This document shows, piece by piece, positions 1 to 10,588 of a stretch of DNA of 27,592 nt. A program made the position numbers and the translations under genes. Under the pieces are notes generated by a model. It ran no database searches. It had not been told where the DNA came from and saw only the letters and a list, made by a program, of their open reading frames with translations. Positions within the stretch are counted from its first letter, which is position 1, and the number at the start of each line of letters is the position of its first letter. This stretch comes from a virus (Duplodnaviria > Caudoviricetes), in the IMG/VR virus record IMGVR_UViG_3300031450_000014, positions 1 through 27,592 of that record. One strand, written 5' to 3'.

Positions 1-714
<714 letters not shown>

Positions 715-718
<4 letters not shown>

Positions 719-906
719 GGCGTGGGCGCCAAGCCCCTCTCGCGGGCACAGGCAAGCGCGGCCTCACAGCGACCTACGTCTACGGACGGACCGCCCGTTA
801 TCAGCCCGTAGGCACGAGCGCTCTCGATGAGGAGACAGGCGCCAGCTAGGCGTGCCGCTACCCGTACTGCCTCGTCGTTCATCGCGGCGAAGCTCGTGGG
901 CGTCAT
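715..906 (-). CDS. Hypothetical early protein, 63 aa
   Basis: 4-bp start/stop overlaps with both neighbours; part of a tiled early operon. Confidence 0.7.
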
Positions 907-1121
907 GGCGTGGCCTCGTCGGGCGTTCGAGGCGGCGTCGCGCAGGCCCGGAGAGGAGGGGGCCTTTGGTCAAGGGTGGGTGAGCCCTTGGGCGACGCCG
1001 CCTCCAACGCCGCGGCAGACGTCCACTTCTCACGGCGATGGTCCGCCGCTTCCTGCTCGAGCTCGAGCTCGGCGGCCTCGTTCTCGTGGCGCCGGTGACG
1101 CTCCTCCTCGTCAATCCACAT
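903..1121 (-). CDS. Hypothetical early protein, 72 aa (MWIDEEERHRR...)
   Basis: ATG 1121 preceded by GGAGGG; tiles between neighbouring genes. Confidence 0.6.
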   Translation of the reverse strand: MWIDEEERHRRHENEAAELELEQEAADHRREKWTSAAALEAASPKGSPTLDQRPPPLRACATPPRTPDEATP

Positions 1122-1335
1122 CGCCCATCCCCTCCCATGTGGACGTGCTCCCCAAGCGCCACCAGTCACGCGGCGGGAACTCCACCCCGCCTTGATGCCG
1201 ATGCACCCAGTGCCAACGCAGACGGCGCCACCGGGCTCGCCACGGAAAGAGCCGACCGCGTCCGTAAGCGCGATCACCGCACGGCCACGAAACGACTAGC
1301 ACTGGACTGCCGCTTACCCGGGTCGCTATGGCCAT
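1111..1335 (-). CDS. Hypothetical Trp/Arg-rich early protein, 74 aa (MAIATRVSG...)
   Basis: ATG 1335 overlaps the end of the upstream gene and fills the operon gap. Confidence 0.5.
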   Translation of the reverse strand: MAIATRVSGSPVLVVSWPCGDRAYGRGRLFPWRARWRRLRWHWVHRHQGGVEFPPRDWWRLGSTSTWEGMGDVD

Positions 1336-1514
1336 GACGGCACCGTCCCGCAGGTAGGGCAGGTAGAACCCCAGCGGTCCGTCCAGCAGTCGCCGCACCG
1401 GCCACACAGAAACTCGTAGCGGTCGTCGTACTCGTCGGGCGAGGGCTTCTCGATCGGGAACTCGTCCCTCGGGTCCCACGGGTCGCGGTAGCCGACGTCG
1501 ATGAGCTCGGTCAC
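1326..1514 (-). CDS. Small Zn-ribbon protein, 62 aa
   Basis: GTG 1514 coupled to the upstream TGA; CGRC and CPTC motifs. Confidence 0.7.
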   Translation of the reverse strand: MTELIDVGYRDPWDPRDEFPIEKPSPDEYDDRYEFLCGRCGDCWTDRWGSTCPTCGTVPSWP

Positions 1515-1780
1515 GCCGCCCGCCTTTCGGCCCTCGACGCGCCCGCGAACGCAGCACGCTCGGGATGCAGCAGGCGCTCGATCCGGTCGTACCGGTCGAC
1601 CGCCTGGTTGTGCGCGCAACGAAGCCGCGCACTGGCATGAAACGCCACGGGCGCCCCCTGCGGCGAACGCGTCGGTAGTCCGGCGTGCTCAGCCTCGATG
1701 GCAGCCTCGATGGCGACGGCCTGCTCGTACGCTTCGCGGAGCTGGGCGCGTCGGTGGTCGCGAGCGGAGAGGACCTTCAT
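1511..1780 (-). CDS. Hypothetical helical early protein, 89 aa (MKVLSARDH...)
   Basis: ATGA coupling at 1777-1780 with GAGG upstream. Confidence 0.7.
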   Translation of the reverse strand: MKVLSARDHRRAQLREAYEQAVAIEAAIEAEHAGLPTRSPQGAPVAFHASARLRCAHNQAVDRYDRIERLLHPERAAFAGASRAERRAA

Positions 1781-2004
1781 CGCACAACCTCGCGGAACCT
1801 TATGAACACGTCGACCGCGCACGACTCGCACAGGTCGCCCTTGTGGGTGGCGATCGGCGGGGCGCTCTTCCCGCGCCCGCCGGAGCGCACGGTGACGCCG
1901 ACGTGAACGCGATGCGTGGCGGGCTGATCGCAACGACGACACATCACGGTCCCGCTTATGCTCTGCAGGTCAGCGAAGCTCTTGGGGAGCGTGCCGTCGG
2001 TCAC
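1777..2004 (-). CDS. Small Zn-finger protein, 75 aa
   Basis: CRRC...CESC motifs; GTGA-coupled to the cro-like gene. Confidence 0.75.
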   Translation of the reverse strand: MTDGTLPKSFADLQSISGTVMCRRCDQPATHRVHVGVTVRSGGRGKSAPPIATHKGDLCESCAVDVFIRFREVVR

Positions 2005-2258
2005 GCCGCTTCCCTCTCGGGCTCAGGCTCAGGCTCGCTGTAGAGCGCCTGCAACGGGCACTCCAAGGCTTCGACTAGCGCAACAAGGTTCTCCGAGTTC
2101 GGCATGTTGGAGCCGCGCTCCCACCGCGAGACCGCCATCCCGTCAACGCGATTGACGAGAGCGCCGAGCTGGCGCTGCGTGAGGCCCTTCGCCTTTCGCA
2201 GCCGCGCGATGTTTCCGCCAACGGTCGCCATGAGATGTCTACTTTCGTTGGTAGCCAC
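2001..2258 (-). CDS. Cro-like XRE-family HTH regulator
   Basis: NIARLRKAKGLTQRQLG...AVSRWERGSNMP HTH_3 signature; divergent from the repressor; first gene of the early operon. Confidence 0.9.
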   Translation of the reverse strand: MATNESRHLMATVGGNIARLRKAKGLTQRQLGALVNRVDGMAVSRWERGSNMPNSENLVALVEALECPLQALYSEPEPEPEREAA

Positions 2259-2267
2259 GGTGTCGCT

Positions 2268-2296
2268 ACGCTAGCAGGCATCGTATTACTAGTCAA
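2268..2296 (-). promoter_or_regulatory. Lytic early promoter (PR-like)
   Basis: TTGACT (2296-2291), 17 bp spacer, TAGCGT (2273-2268), 9 nt before GTG 2258. Confidence 0.8.
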
Positions 2297-2317
2297 GGGA
2301 GACGTGACGCCGTGCTG

Positions 2318-2353
2318 ACGACAAACGCTGCGCGTCGCCGTAGGTTCGAGCTA
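2318..2353 (+). promoter_or_regulatory. Repressor promoter (PRM-like), probably giving leaderless mRNA
   Basis: TAGGTT at 2341-2346 lies 7 nt before ATG 2354; weak -35 (ACGACA at 17 bp spacing); no SD. Confidence 0.55.
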
Positions 2354-2803
2354 ATGGCGGCTGAGCACGCGGAGGCGCTTGCCGCTCGAATCGCGGAGCG
2401 GCGCAAGGAACTCCGCCTGAGTCAGGGGGAGGTCGCCGCTCGGTTCGCCAGCTTGAGCGTCAACAAGGACTACATCTCGCGGTGGGAGCGCTCGCAAAAT
2501 CTACCCAGCCCGGAGCACCTCGAAGGGTTAGCGAGGGCGCTCGAAACGACGGTCGCCGATCTGGTTGGCGGCCCATTGCGGCCAGAGCAGAACGGGCAGA
2601 CGCCCGACCTCATGGCGACGGTCAGCCCGAACGGCTCCCAGCTCGCTCGCGTCGAGGAGCTGCTTACCGAAGCGCTACAGCTTCTCCGTGGCCTTCACGA
2701 GGAGGATGCGGCATCGACCGCAGAAGGGGAAGGCCCGCCGCCCGAGACGCTGCCCGGTGAATCCGACGAAGCCGAGCCCGGGTCGGCTCGGGCAGACCAG
2801 TGA
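2354..2803 (+). CDS. CI-like immunity repressor (XRE HTH, short zipper, acidic tail)
   Basis: RIAERRKELRLSQGEVA...YISRWERSQNLP; divergent to cro. ATG 2354 is preferred over GTG 2312 from promoter geometry. Confidence 0.85.
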   Translation: MAAEHAEALAARIAERRKELRLSQGEVAARFASLSVNKDYISRWERSQNLPSPEHLEGLARALETTVADLVGGPLRPEQNGQTPDLMATVSPNGSQLARVEELLTEALQLLRGLHEEDAASTAEGEGPPPETLPGESDEAEPGSARADQ

Positions 2804-2936
2804 CCGTCAACGCTTCCTCGGCCGCTCCCACGATGATCGTCCACGCCTGCCGGCGGGCAAGTTCACTTTCACGATGAGGACCGGCCATCGACACGAGCGA
2901 AGGTACCAACGTTTCCGCGCCATCGAGAGTTTCCAT
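2664..2936 (-). CDS. Possible 90-aa protein antisense-overlapping the repressor 3' end
   Basis: ATG 2936; protein-like helical sequence (METLDGAETLVP...QAWTIIVGAAEEAL); covers an otherwise empty gap; weak SD. Confidence 0.35.
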   Translation of the reverse strand: METLDGAETLVPSLVSMAGPHRESELARRQAWTIIVGAAEEALTVTGLPEPTRARLRRIHRAASRAAGLPLLRSMPHPPREGHGEAVALR

Positions 2937-2974
2937 AAATCCCAGCGCCACCCAAACTAGGACAGGAGCAATAG

Positions 2975-3523
2975 ATGACCAAGACGATCGCGGCTTCCCT
3001 CGTCGCAATCCTCCTCTTTGCGGGACTCGTCGCCGTCGGAGCGCTCGCTTCGCCATCCAGCGACAAACAGGCCAGTTCGGCCGCGACCAAGCGGGGGCCC
3101 CGCGGCAAGCGAGGCCCCCGCGGACCCATCGGCCCTCAAGGACTACGCGGGTTCACCGGCGCCACAGGTGCGCCTGGTGCGCCGGGTGCACCCGGCGTCG
3201 TCGGGCTGGTAACCGTGGATGCGGTCGTGCGTGTCCCCGCCAGGATGTCCGGTGGCCCGCAAGCGTTCTGTCCAGCCGGCACGTCGGTCGTGGGCTCAGC
3301 CTTCAACGCTTCCATATCGACCGTGGCGTTCGTCCAGTTCTTCGGTAATTCGGTCGGCGGGTTCTTCTTCAACGACTCGAGTATCGGCGTTGACGTGGAG
3401 GTGCAGGCGCGCTGCGCTCAGTTGCCAGCGGGGGCGGTCGCCGCGAGCAGTGGTCGCACGGCAGCACGCCGGACGTTCCAGAGGGAGGGCACCCAGGCCC
3501 GTCGGCTGTCTGCCCGGCGCTGA
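2975..3523 (+). CDS. Secreted collagen-like protein with C-terminal Cys-pair beta domain (lysogenic-conversion candidate)
   Basis: AGGAG SD; signal peptide; about 12 Gly-X-Y triplets; CPAGTSVVG...QARC motif. Confidence 0.85.
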   Translation: MTKTIAASLVAILLFAGLVAVGALASPSSDKQASSAATKRGPRGKRGPRGPIGPQGLRGFTGATGAPGAPGAPGVVGLVTVDAVVRVPARMSGGPQAFCPAGTSVVGSAFNASISTVAFVQFFGNSVGGFFFNDSSIGVDVEVQARCAQLPAGAVAASSGRTAARRTFQREGTQARRLSARR

Positions 3524-3541
3524 AACGAAGCTCACCTGCCG

Positions 3542-3575
3542 TGGGCTCTCGGACGTCCACCGTGCGGGGGGCCCA
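3542..3575 (+). terminator. Hairpin, putative terminator of the plus-strand unit
   Basis: TGGGCTCTC...GGGGGCCCA stem whose G-U pairs work only on plus-strand RNA; 18 nt after stop 3523; no U tail. Confidence 0.45.
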
Positions 3576-3591
3576 GCAGCCGTTGTGGCCC

Positions 3592-3628
3592 AGAACGAGA
3601 AGCGCCCCCGGCTGAGTGCCGAGGGCGC
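3592..3628 (-). terminator. Intrinsic terminator of the late operon
   Basis: Minus strand GCGCCCTCGGC-ACTCA-GCCGGGGGCGC (11-bp stem, one G-U) followed by TTCTCGTTCT. Confidence 0.75.
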
Positions 3629-3667
3629 GAAGAGCCAGCTATACGACGACGGAAAGACCCCGTCTAT

Positions 3668-3778
3668 CTACCGCCGTCTGAGCGGCCGGCCGGCGAAGAG
3701 GAACAGCGCCAGGTCGATGACGTGAACGGCCGCGCGGGCGAAACGGTCCGCCAGATCCGGGCCCTGCGGAACGATCAC
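3668..3778 (-). CDS. 36-aa hydrophobic/cationic peptide (MIVPQGPDLADRFARAAVHVIDLALFLFAGRPLRRR)
   Basis: GTGA-coupled to the upstream stop; ends before the terminator. Confidence 0.5.
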   Translation of the reverse strand: MIVPQGPDLADRFARAAVHVIDLALFLFAGRPLRRR

Positions 3779-4077
3779 GCCGGCACCCACTCCCCGCCAC
3801 GAATGAAGCCATGGTGGCCGCACGTCCGGCAGAGCACAGACGGCTCGATGTGCAACGGGTCGAGCGAGTGGACAGTCCATCTTGCCCGCGGGCCGAGATC
3901 CGCTGTCTCCGGCACGTCGAACGTGACCGCGCCGCTGCACCGCCCACCCCCGTCTGGCCGAGGATGCGACTCGATCAGACCGGCCGTAGCCCCGCCGTAG
4001 GTCGTGAGCCGAATGCGGACCTCGTGTCCGAGATCGAGCACGCCGGCTTCGTCGGCGGGGCAGGGGTCGTAGCTCAT
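3775..4077 (-). CDS. DUF6527-like small Cys/His protein, 100 aa
   Basis: W...L.IEPSVLCRTCGHHGFIRGGEW motif; ATGA-coupled to the holin. Confidence 0.7.
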   Translation of the reverse strand: MSYDPCPADEAGVLDLGHEVRIRLTTYGGATAGLIESHPRPDGGGRCSGAVTFDVPETADLGPRARWTVHSLDPLHIEPSVLCRTCGHHGFIRGGEWVPA

Positions 4078-4289
4078 CGCCGAGGGAGCTCGGGCTGCAC
4101 CCTGTTGGGAGCCGCGTAGACGGGCAGGCCAAGGAACGCGAGGAGTAGGCCGAGGAGCGCGTCGCGATCCCACTGGCCGGTGACCGCCCCGACCACGACG
4201 TAGCCGGCGAGCGCACCGCCGCCGGCCGCGACGATGGCTTTCGCCTTGACCTGGAGGCGCGGGGGGAGTAGAGCGATAAGAGCGTTCAT
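4074..4289 (-). CDS. Holin (2 TM), 71 aa
   Basis: ATG 4289 coupled to the lysin stop; KAKAIVA plus two hydrophobic segments and a VYAAPN end typical of actinophage holins. Confidence 0.8.
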   Translation of the reverse strand: MNALIALLPPRLQVKAKAIVAAGGGALAGYVVVGAVTGQWDRDALLGLLLAFLGLPVYAAPNRVQPELPRR

Positions 4290-4960
4290 GGTCGGTCCTT
4301 TCGCTTGAGTGCCGTCTTGATCGCCTCCGCGCGACGGCGCAGATACCGGAAGCGTGCCTCCGACCACCGCCCGGCGACGCGCTGGCGGATGCGTGCCAGC
4401 TCGGCGCGCAGACTCGTCTCTCGCGGATCGCCCGGCAAAATCGCGGCGCCGAGGCCCTTCATGCGACCCCACCACCGAACACGGTCGTCCCACCCGTTGA
4501 AGCCGCCGTTGATGCGTCGCGTGATCTCGCGGAAGTCGCCGCGGTCGGCCAACTCATTGAGGCCTCGTGTCCGCCAGAACCATGCGGCGATACGGAATCC
4601 CACCTTGGGCGTGGCGGCCAGCCCGGGGTTACGCTCGAGCGGCACGCGGAGCGCCTGCCCAGCGGCACGGTAGTTCGACCGGCCAGTGAGCTGAATGGGC
4701 CCGCGGCCCTTGTAGCGTCGCCCGTCGCCCGCCCGGGTGTTGCCGAGATCGCGCCGTCCCTCATACGCGGCGCCGGAGGCGATCTCCTCCCAGTAGTAGA
4801 GACCAGCGCTCTCATGCGCCACCTGCGCCAGGAAAGCCGCGGCGCGCCTACTCGTGGTGATCTTCGCCTCGCTCATCGCTGCACTCAGCAGCGGGGCGTA
4901 AGACTCCGCTTTGTCGGCGCTTACGTTGGGGAAGGCTCGACGGAGCGTCGCGGCGTTCAT
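4286..4960 (-). CDS. GH19 (chitinase/lysozyme-fold) endolysin, 224 aa
   Basis: FLAQVAHES, YEGRRDLGN, YKGRGPIQLTGRSNY, ITRRINGG motifs; start ATG 4960. Confidence 0.93.
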   Translation of the reverse strand: MNAATLRRAFPNVSADKAESYAPLLSAAMSEAKITTSRRAAAFLAQVAHESAGLYYWEEIASGAAYEGRRDLGNTRAGDGRRYKGRGPIQLTGRSNYRAAGQALRVPLERNPGLAATPKVGFRIAAWFWRTRGLNELADRGDFREITRRINGGFNGWDDRVRWWGRMKGLGAAILPGDPRETSLRAELARIRQRVAGRWSEARFRYLRRRAEAIKTALKRKDRP

Positions 4961-5049
4961 CCTCGCCACCTGTCCTCGCGCGAGCCCGTGCGCAGACGCC
5001 GCACGAGCCAGCGGATCCCGTCGAGCAAGCTGCCCAGGTAGACCCTCAT
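4957..5049 (-). CDS. 30-aa cationic amphipathic peptide (MRVYLGSLLDGIRWLVRRLRTGSREDRWRG)
   Basis: ATGA overlaps at both ends exactly bridge the two lysin genes. Confidence 0.65.
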   Translation of the reverse strand: MRVYLGSLLDGIRWLVRRLRTGSREDRWRG

Positions 5050-5678
5050 GCCAGCTTCCTGCCCGCCACTGCGTCGCGGAGAAACCCGAGGCGCTTCCGC
5101 TCGCGCGCGGTCGGGTTGCGCTTCGCCTTGAGCGCGCCGATCTTCTTTCGGAGGTAGTTCCGCTTGATCGAGTTCGCGCGCTTCTTCTCCGACTCGAGCC
5201 ACTTGCCGCGGCGACCGGCGCCCGAGCGGATCGCGGCGAGCTCCTTGACGAGGCGCTCGTCGTCCTCGTCCAAGACGTCGTACGGGTCCTCCTGGCCGAA
5301 CTTGGCGAGGATCTGCGCGCTCGACACGCCCTGAAACTCCAGGTGCCAGGACTCGCCACGCACGGTCCTGACGAGCCGCACGCCCTTGCTGGCCGCGTAC
5401 GCGATCAGCGCGTCCGTGCCCTCCAAGTCCCCGGCGTGATCCCAGCGGCCGACGCGGATGTGCGGCGCGGTCGTGCTCGGCTTGGCAGTGAGCGGGCGGT
5501 TCGGCCGCCGCGTGCCGTCTGGGTACATGTTCTGCGCGTAGAGCACCCCCTGCTCGCCCATGTTGCGGCGCAGCGAGTTGCAGGAGAACTGCACACCGTC
5601 GCGGCGGGCCGAGCCAAGGAAAGCCGCCCATTCGACTGAGCAGGCCTTCCCGTCGAACTTGACGTAGCGAACGGACAT
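5046..5678 (-). CDS. M15-like Zn peptidase endolysin, 210 aa
   Basis: S.RR...Q..LY, H...AGD and ESWH motifs; GGGAGG SD. Confidence 0.8.
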   Translation of the reverse strand: MSVRYVKFDGKACSVEWAAFLGSARRDGVQFSCNSLRRNMGEQGVLYAQNMYPDGTRRPNRPLTAKPSTTAPHIRVGRWDHAGDLEGTDALIAYAASKGVRLVRTVRGESWHLEFQGVSSAQILAKFGQEDPYDVLDEDDERLVKELAAIRSGAGRRGKWLESEKKRANSIKRNYLRKKIGALKAKRNPTARERKRLGFLRDAVAGRKLA

Positions 5679-5744
5679 GTCTAAGCCTCCCGTTGAGGGT
5701 GAGGTCGAGGGTTGAGGGTTGCTGCGGTTCAGCGGTGGTGGGCG

Positions 5745-5790
5745 TGTCTAGCCCTTGACAACTAGGCGTCTAGTCCTATACACTCCATGC
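5745..5790 (+). promoter_or_regulatory. Cassette promoter with operator palindromes
   Basis: TTGACA 5755-5760, 18 bp, TACACT 5779-5784; ACTAG-gcgt-CTAGT in the spacer; TGTCTAG..CTTGACA overlapping the -35. Confidence 0.85.
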
Positions 5791-5820
5791 ATGGAGTCCA
5801 CCACCACCAAGGAGCGCCAG

Positions 5821-6039
5821 ATGACCACCACCACCATCGAAGATGCGGTTCGCGACCTGGAGCGCGACGACGTGCTCGCCACGCTTCAGGAGGTCGAGTG
5901 GTACGGCGACAACCCCGCCAAGGTGACGACCACCGATCCGGACGACGCTCCGCTTACGGTGGTCAACCACCACGGCGAAGCCCTTACCGGCATCGAGGCG
6001 GCAGGGGAGCTCCGCAGCTACCTCCACACCATCCGATGA
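5821..6039 (+). CDS. Acidic hypothetical protein, 72 aa (alternative leaderless start at 5791)
   Basis: AAGGAG 6 nt before ATG 5821; ATGA-coupled to the HTH gene. Confidence 0.8.
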   Translation: MTTTTIEDAVRDLERDDVLATLQEVEWYGDNPAKVTTTDPDDAPLTVVNHHGEALTGIEAAGELRSYLHTIR

Positions 6040-6244
6040 GCATGGCTGCTGCCTCTGGCGTGCGCGAAGACCTCTCCGAGGCCGGCGAGCGTCTACTCCG
6101 CGCCCAGAACGACCGCGCCGAGGCGATCACCGACATCACCCGCCTCGCCAGCCAAGCGCAGAAAGCGGGCGTGTCGATCGCTGAGATCGCCCGGCTTGCG
6201 ACCGTGACCCGCCAGACCGTCTACAGCTTGATTCGCGGTCGCGC

Positions 6245-6248
<4 letters not shown>
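6036..6248 (+). CDS. Small HTH DNA-binding protein, 70 aa
   Basis: N-terminal helix plus GVSIAEIARLATVTRQTVYSLI HTH. Confidence 0.85.
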
Positions 6249-8525
<2,277 letters not shown>

Positions 8526-8539
8526 TGGGCCTCCAAGTC

Positions 8540-9295
8540 TTAGGGTGTGCCGATGCGGAACACCGAGAACTGCCTGCGAAGAAGCGGCGACGTGATAGGC
8601 CCGCCTTCACAGGACCACCGAACCTGGATGGTCCTGCTCCCGGCAGGTGGCCGCCAAGCGTGCAGGATGGATACCGTTCCGCCGTCACTGCCCGCCGTTA
8701 GATCAACCCGACGGTAGGAAGCAGGCAACAGGACGCCATTGTCATAAATACCAAAGTCGACGTAGTAAGCGCTGTTGTTCTCCTCGTTGTACAGACCAGC
8801 CGAAAAGAACGCGATGAGCGGATAACCGCCGTAGTCGCCCGTCTGGCTCATCTGTGGCACCACTGCCATGCTTTGACCATCGATGAGTGGGGCATTAGGT
8901 CCAGAGGTAGTTGGATTTGAGGTAAAGACATCTGTGAACTGCAACACAGCGACCGCCGCATTCGCCGCGTTGGCCGCCCCTTGCGCAGCGTTGATTGCCG
9001 GGTTGATCTGGTTCGGAATAATGTTGTTGGTGATGTTGTCGGCCGCGTTGAGCGCAATGCCAGCGTTTGTGTTGGCCGTATTGGCCGCGGTCTCCGCCCG
9101 CCCAGCCGCCTCGTTCGCCGCATTGGCCGATAGCTGTGCAGCGACAGCCGCGGCCTCTGCGTCCTTGATCGCCTTCTCCGCCTGCGCAACCCGCGCGCTC
9201 AGCTTGTCCGCCAACACCAGCTCCGAGTTTCTTAGCGACTGCGCCTGATCCCGCAGCCCGCGGATGACGCTCGTCTGACGCGGCACCCGGCCCAC
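8540..9295 (-). CDS. Minor tail protein (Ala/Asn coiled coil plus beta-sandwich)
   Basis: Long Ala-rich helix then a beta-rich C-terminus; follows the Tal-like gene. Confidence 0.7.
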   Translation of the reverse strand: MGRVPRQTSVIRGLRDQAQSLRNSELVLADKLSARVAQAEKAIKDAEAAAVAAQLSANAANEAAGRAETAANTANTNAGIALNAADNITNNIIPNQINPAINAAQGAANAANAAVAVLQFTDVFTSNPTTSGPNAPLIDGQSMAVVPQMSQTGDYGGYPLIAFFSAGLYNEENNSAYYVDFGIYDNGVLLPASYRRVDLTAGSDGGTVSILHAWRPPAGSRTIQVRWSCEGGPITSPLLRRQFSVFRIGTP

Positions 9296-10536
9296 TACGC
9301 GCTCACCACCGAGATCACGCGCGGCACGGAATGGACCGTCACCTGAATATTGCCGGCCTTGTCGACCTCCTCGATCGTCGCGCCAACCACCCGACCCGAA
9401 AGGTCAGCGGTGCGCCGGCCGCGCCGGCCGATCGCCCGGAACGAGTCACCCAGCCACCACTCGCCGCCCGGCCCGAACCTGGGCGGCCGGCCCAGCCCGG
9501 CGACCCTACGCACCTGCCCGTCGTCGCCGACCAGATAAGCGCTGCCGTCCTGGAGCGCGGGCACGACGTCGAAGTGGTCGACCGGGAACGCCTGCGTCGC
9601 GACGACCTCGCCGACATGCTCGGCAACCCTCTGAAGATTGTCGATGCCCGTCAGCCCACGGTAGTCGCCGTGCAGCCCGTAGGCGACCTGAGAGGCCGGC
9701 TGATCGGCCGTATACCTGGGGGGCTCGGGCGCGTCGCCCTCACCGTCGTAAGGCGGCGCCTCACCGACGCCGGTCATGCGGTTGACGACGTCGCCGGACG
9801 GCTTGAGGATCAGGTTCGCGGCCGTGTTGTCCCCCACGCCGAACTCGAGGCGCACCCGGTCGGTGAGGTCAGCGCCCATCCGGTCGAAAGTGTCGAGCTC
9901 AGCGAGCACGCCAGACCGTGCCGGATCGTAGACAGGCCGCAGGTCGAAGTCGCACCCGTCGATCACCTCTGAGAGCTCCGTGATCGCCTCCCATAGTTGC
10001 TTGCCCGGGTCGTACTCACGGTCGCGCAGGTTGCCGCCGTGAATGTTGCCGCGGGCGATGCCGTGATCAGGGACGCCCGCGGCCTGCTCCGCGGCCGTGG
10101 GGGAGGCGTGCTGCACGAGCCTCCACATGATCTCCCCTTCCGCCACCTGCTCGAGGCGGTAGGGCAAACCCGCCGCAGCGCCGACCAGGCCCGCCCCATC
10201 CGAGCGCTGCCCGACGAACGCCCGCTCCAGCCGCAGGCTCGGCCCGAACGCCGGCACCTGACAGGTACCCGCGCCGAAGTCGAAGGTCGGCTCGCCAACC
10301 ACTCCGGCGAACACGGGGGCCCCGTCAAGCCACGTCATGACCACAACCGCGAGCGGCTCGACCAGGTCGGCCATCTCGTCCTCCAGCGAAAGGTTGAGCT
10401 GCGCGCTGTAGCGGCCGTTCAGCGCGGGCTCGACCCGCGAGCCCGGCAGGCGATTCGTGACCGGCCCGAGCAACCCGCCAGCGAGGTCGTACAGACCCCA
10501 CGAGAGCCCAGCGATCACCCCCACGCCGACGAGCAC
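9295..10536 (-). CDS. Tal/baseplate-hub-like minor tail protein
   Basis: Size and position; RDREY...LWEAITELSEVIDGCDF and W.LGD motifs of actinophage hub proteins. Confidence 0.75.
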   Translation of the reverse strand: MLVGVGVIAGLSWGLYDLAGGLLGPVTNRLPGSRVEPALNGRYSAQLNLSLEDEMADLVEPLAVVVMTWLDGAPVFAGVVGEPTFDFGAGTCQVPAFGPSLRLERAFVGQRSDGAGLVGAAAGLPYRLEQVAEGEIMWRLVQHASPTAAEQAAGVPDHGIARGNIHGGNLRDREYDPGKQLWEAITELSEVIDGCDFDLRPVYDPARSGVLAELDTFDRMGADLTDRVRLEFGVGDNTAANLILKPSGDVVNRMTGVGEAPPYDGEGDAPEPPRYTADQPASQVAYGLHGDYRGLTGIDNLQRVAEHVGEVVATQAFPVDHFDVVPALQDGSAYLVGDDGQVRRVAGLGRPPRFGPGGEWWLGDSFRAIGRRGRRTADLSGRVVGATIEEVDKAGNIQVTVHSVPRVISVVSA

Positions 10537-10588
10537 TTCTCACGCAAAGCAAGCGTCATCGAGAGGTCGCCGTGCAAGGGGGCGTAGA

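Noticed and set aside
4961-5359. Extended 357-aa version of the GH19 lysin
   Set aside because: The extension overlaps the peptidase gene out of frame and is not protein-like; ATG 4960 has an SD and coupling.
5755-5790. TTG 5755 start for the cassette cargo gene
   Set aside because: That TTG is the -35 box; ATG 5821 has a strong SD.
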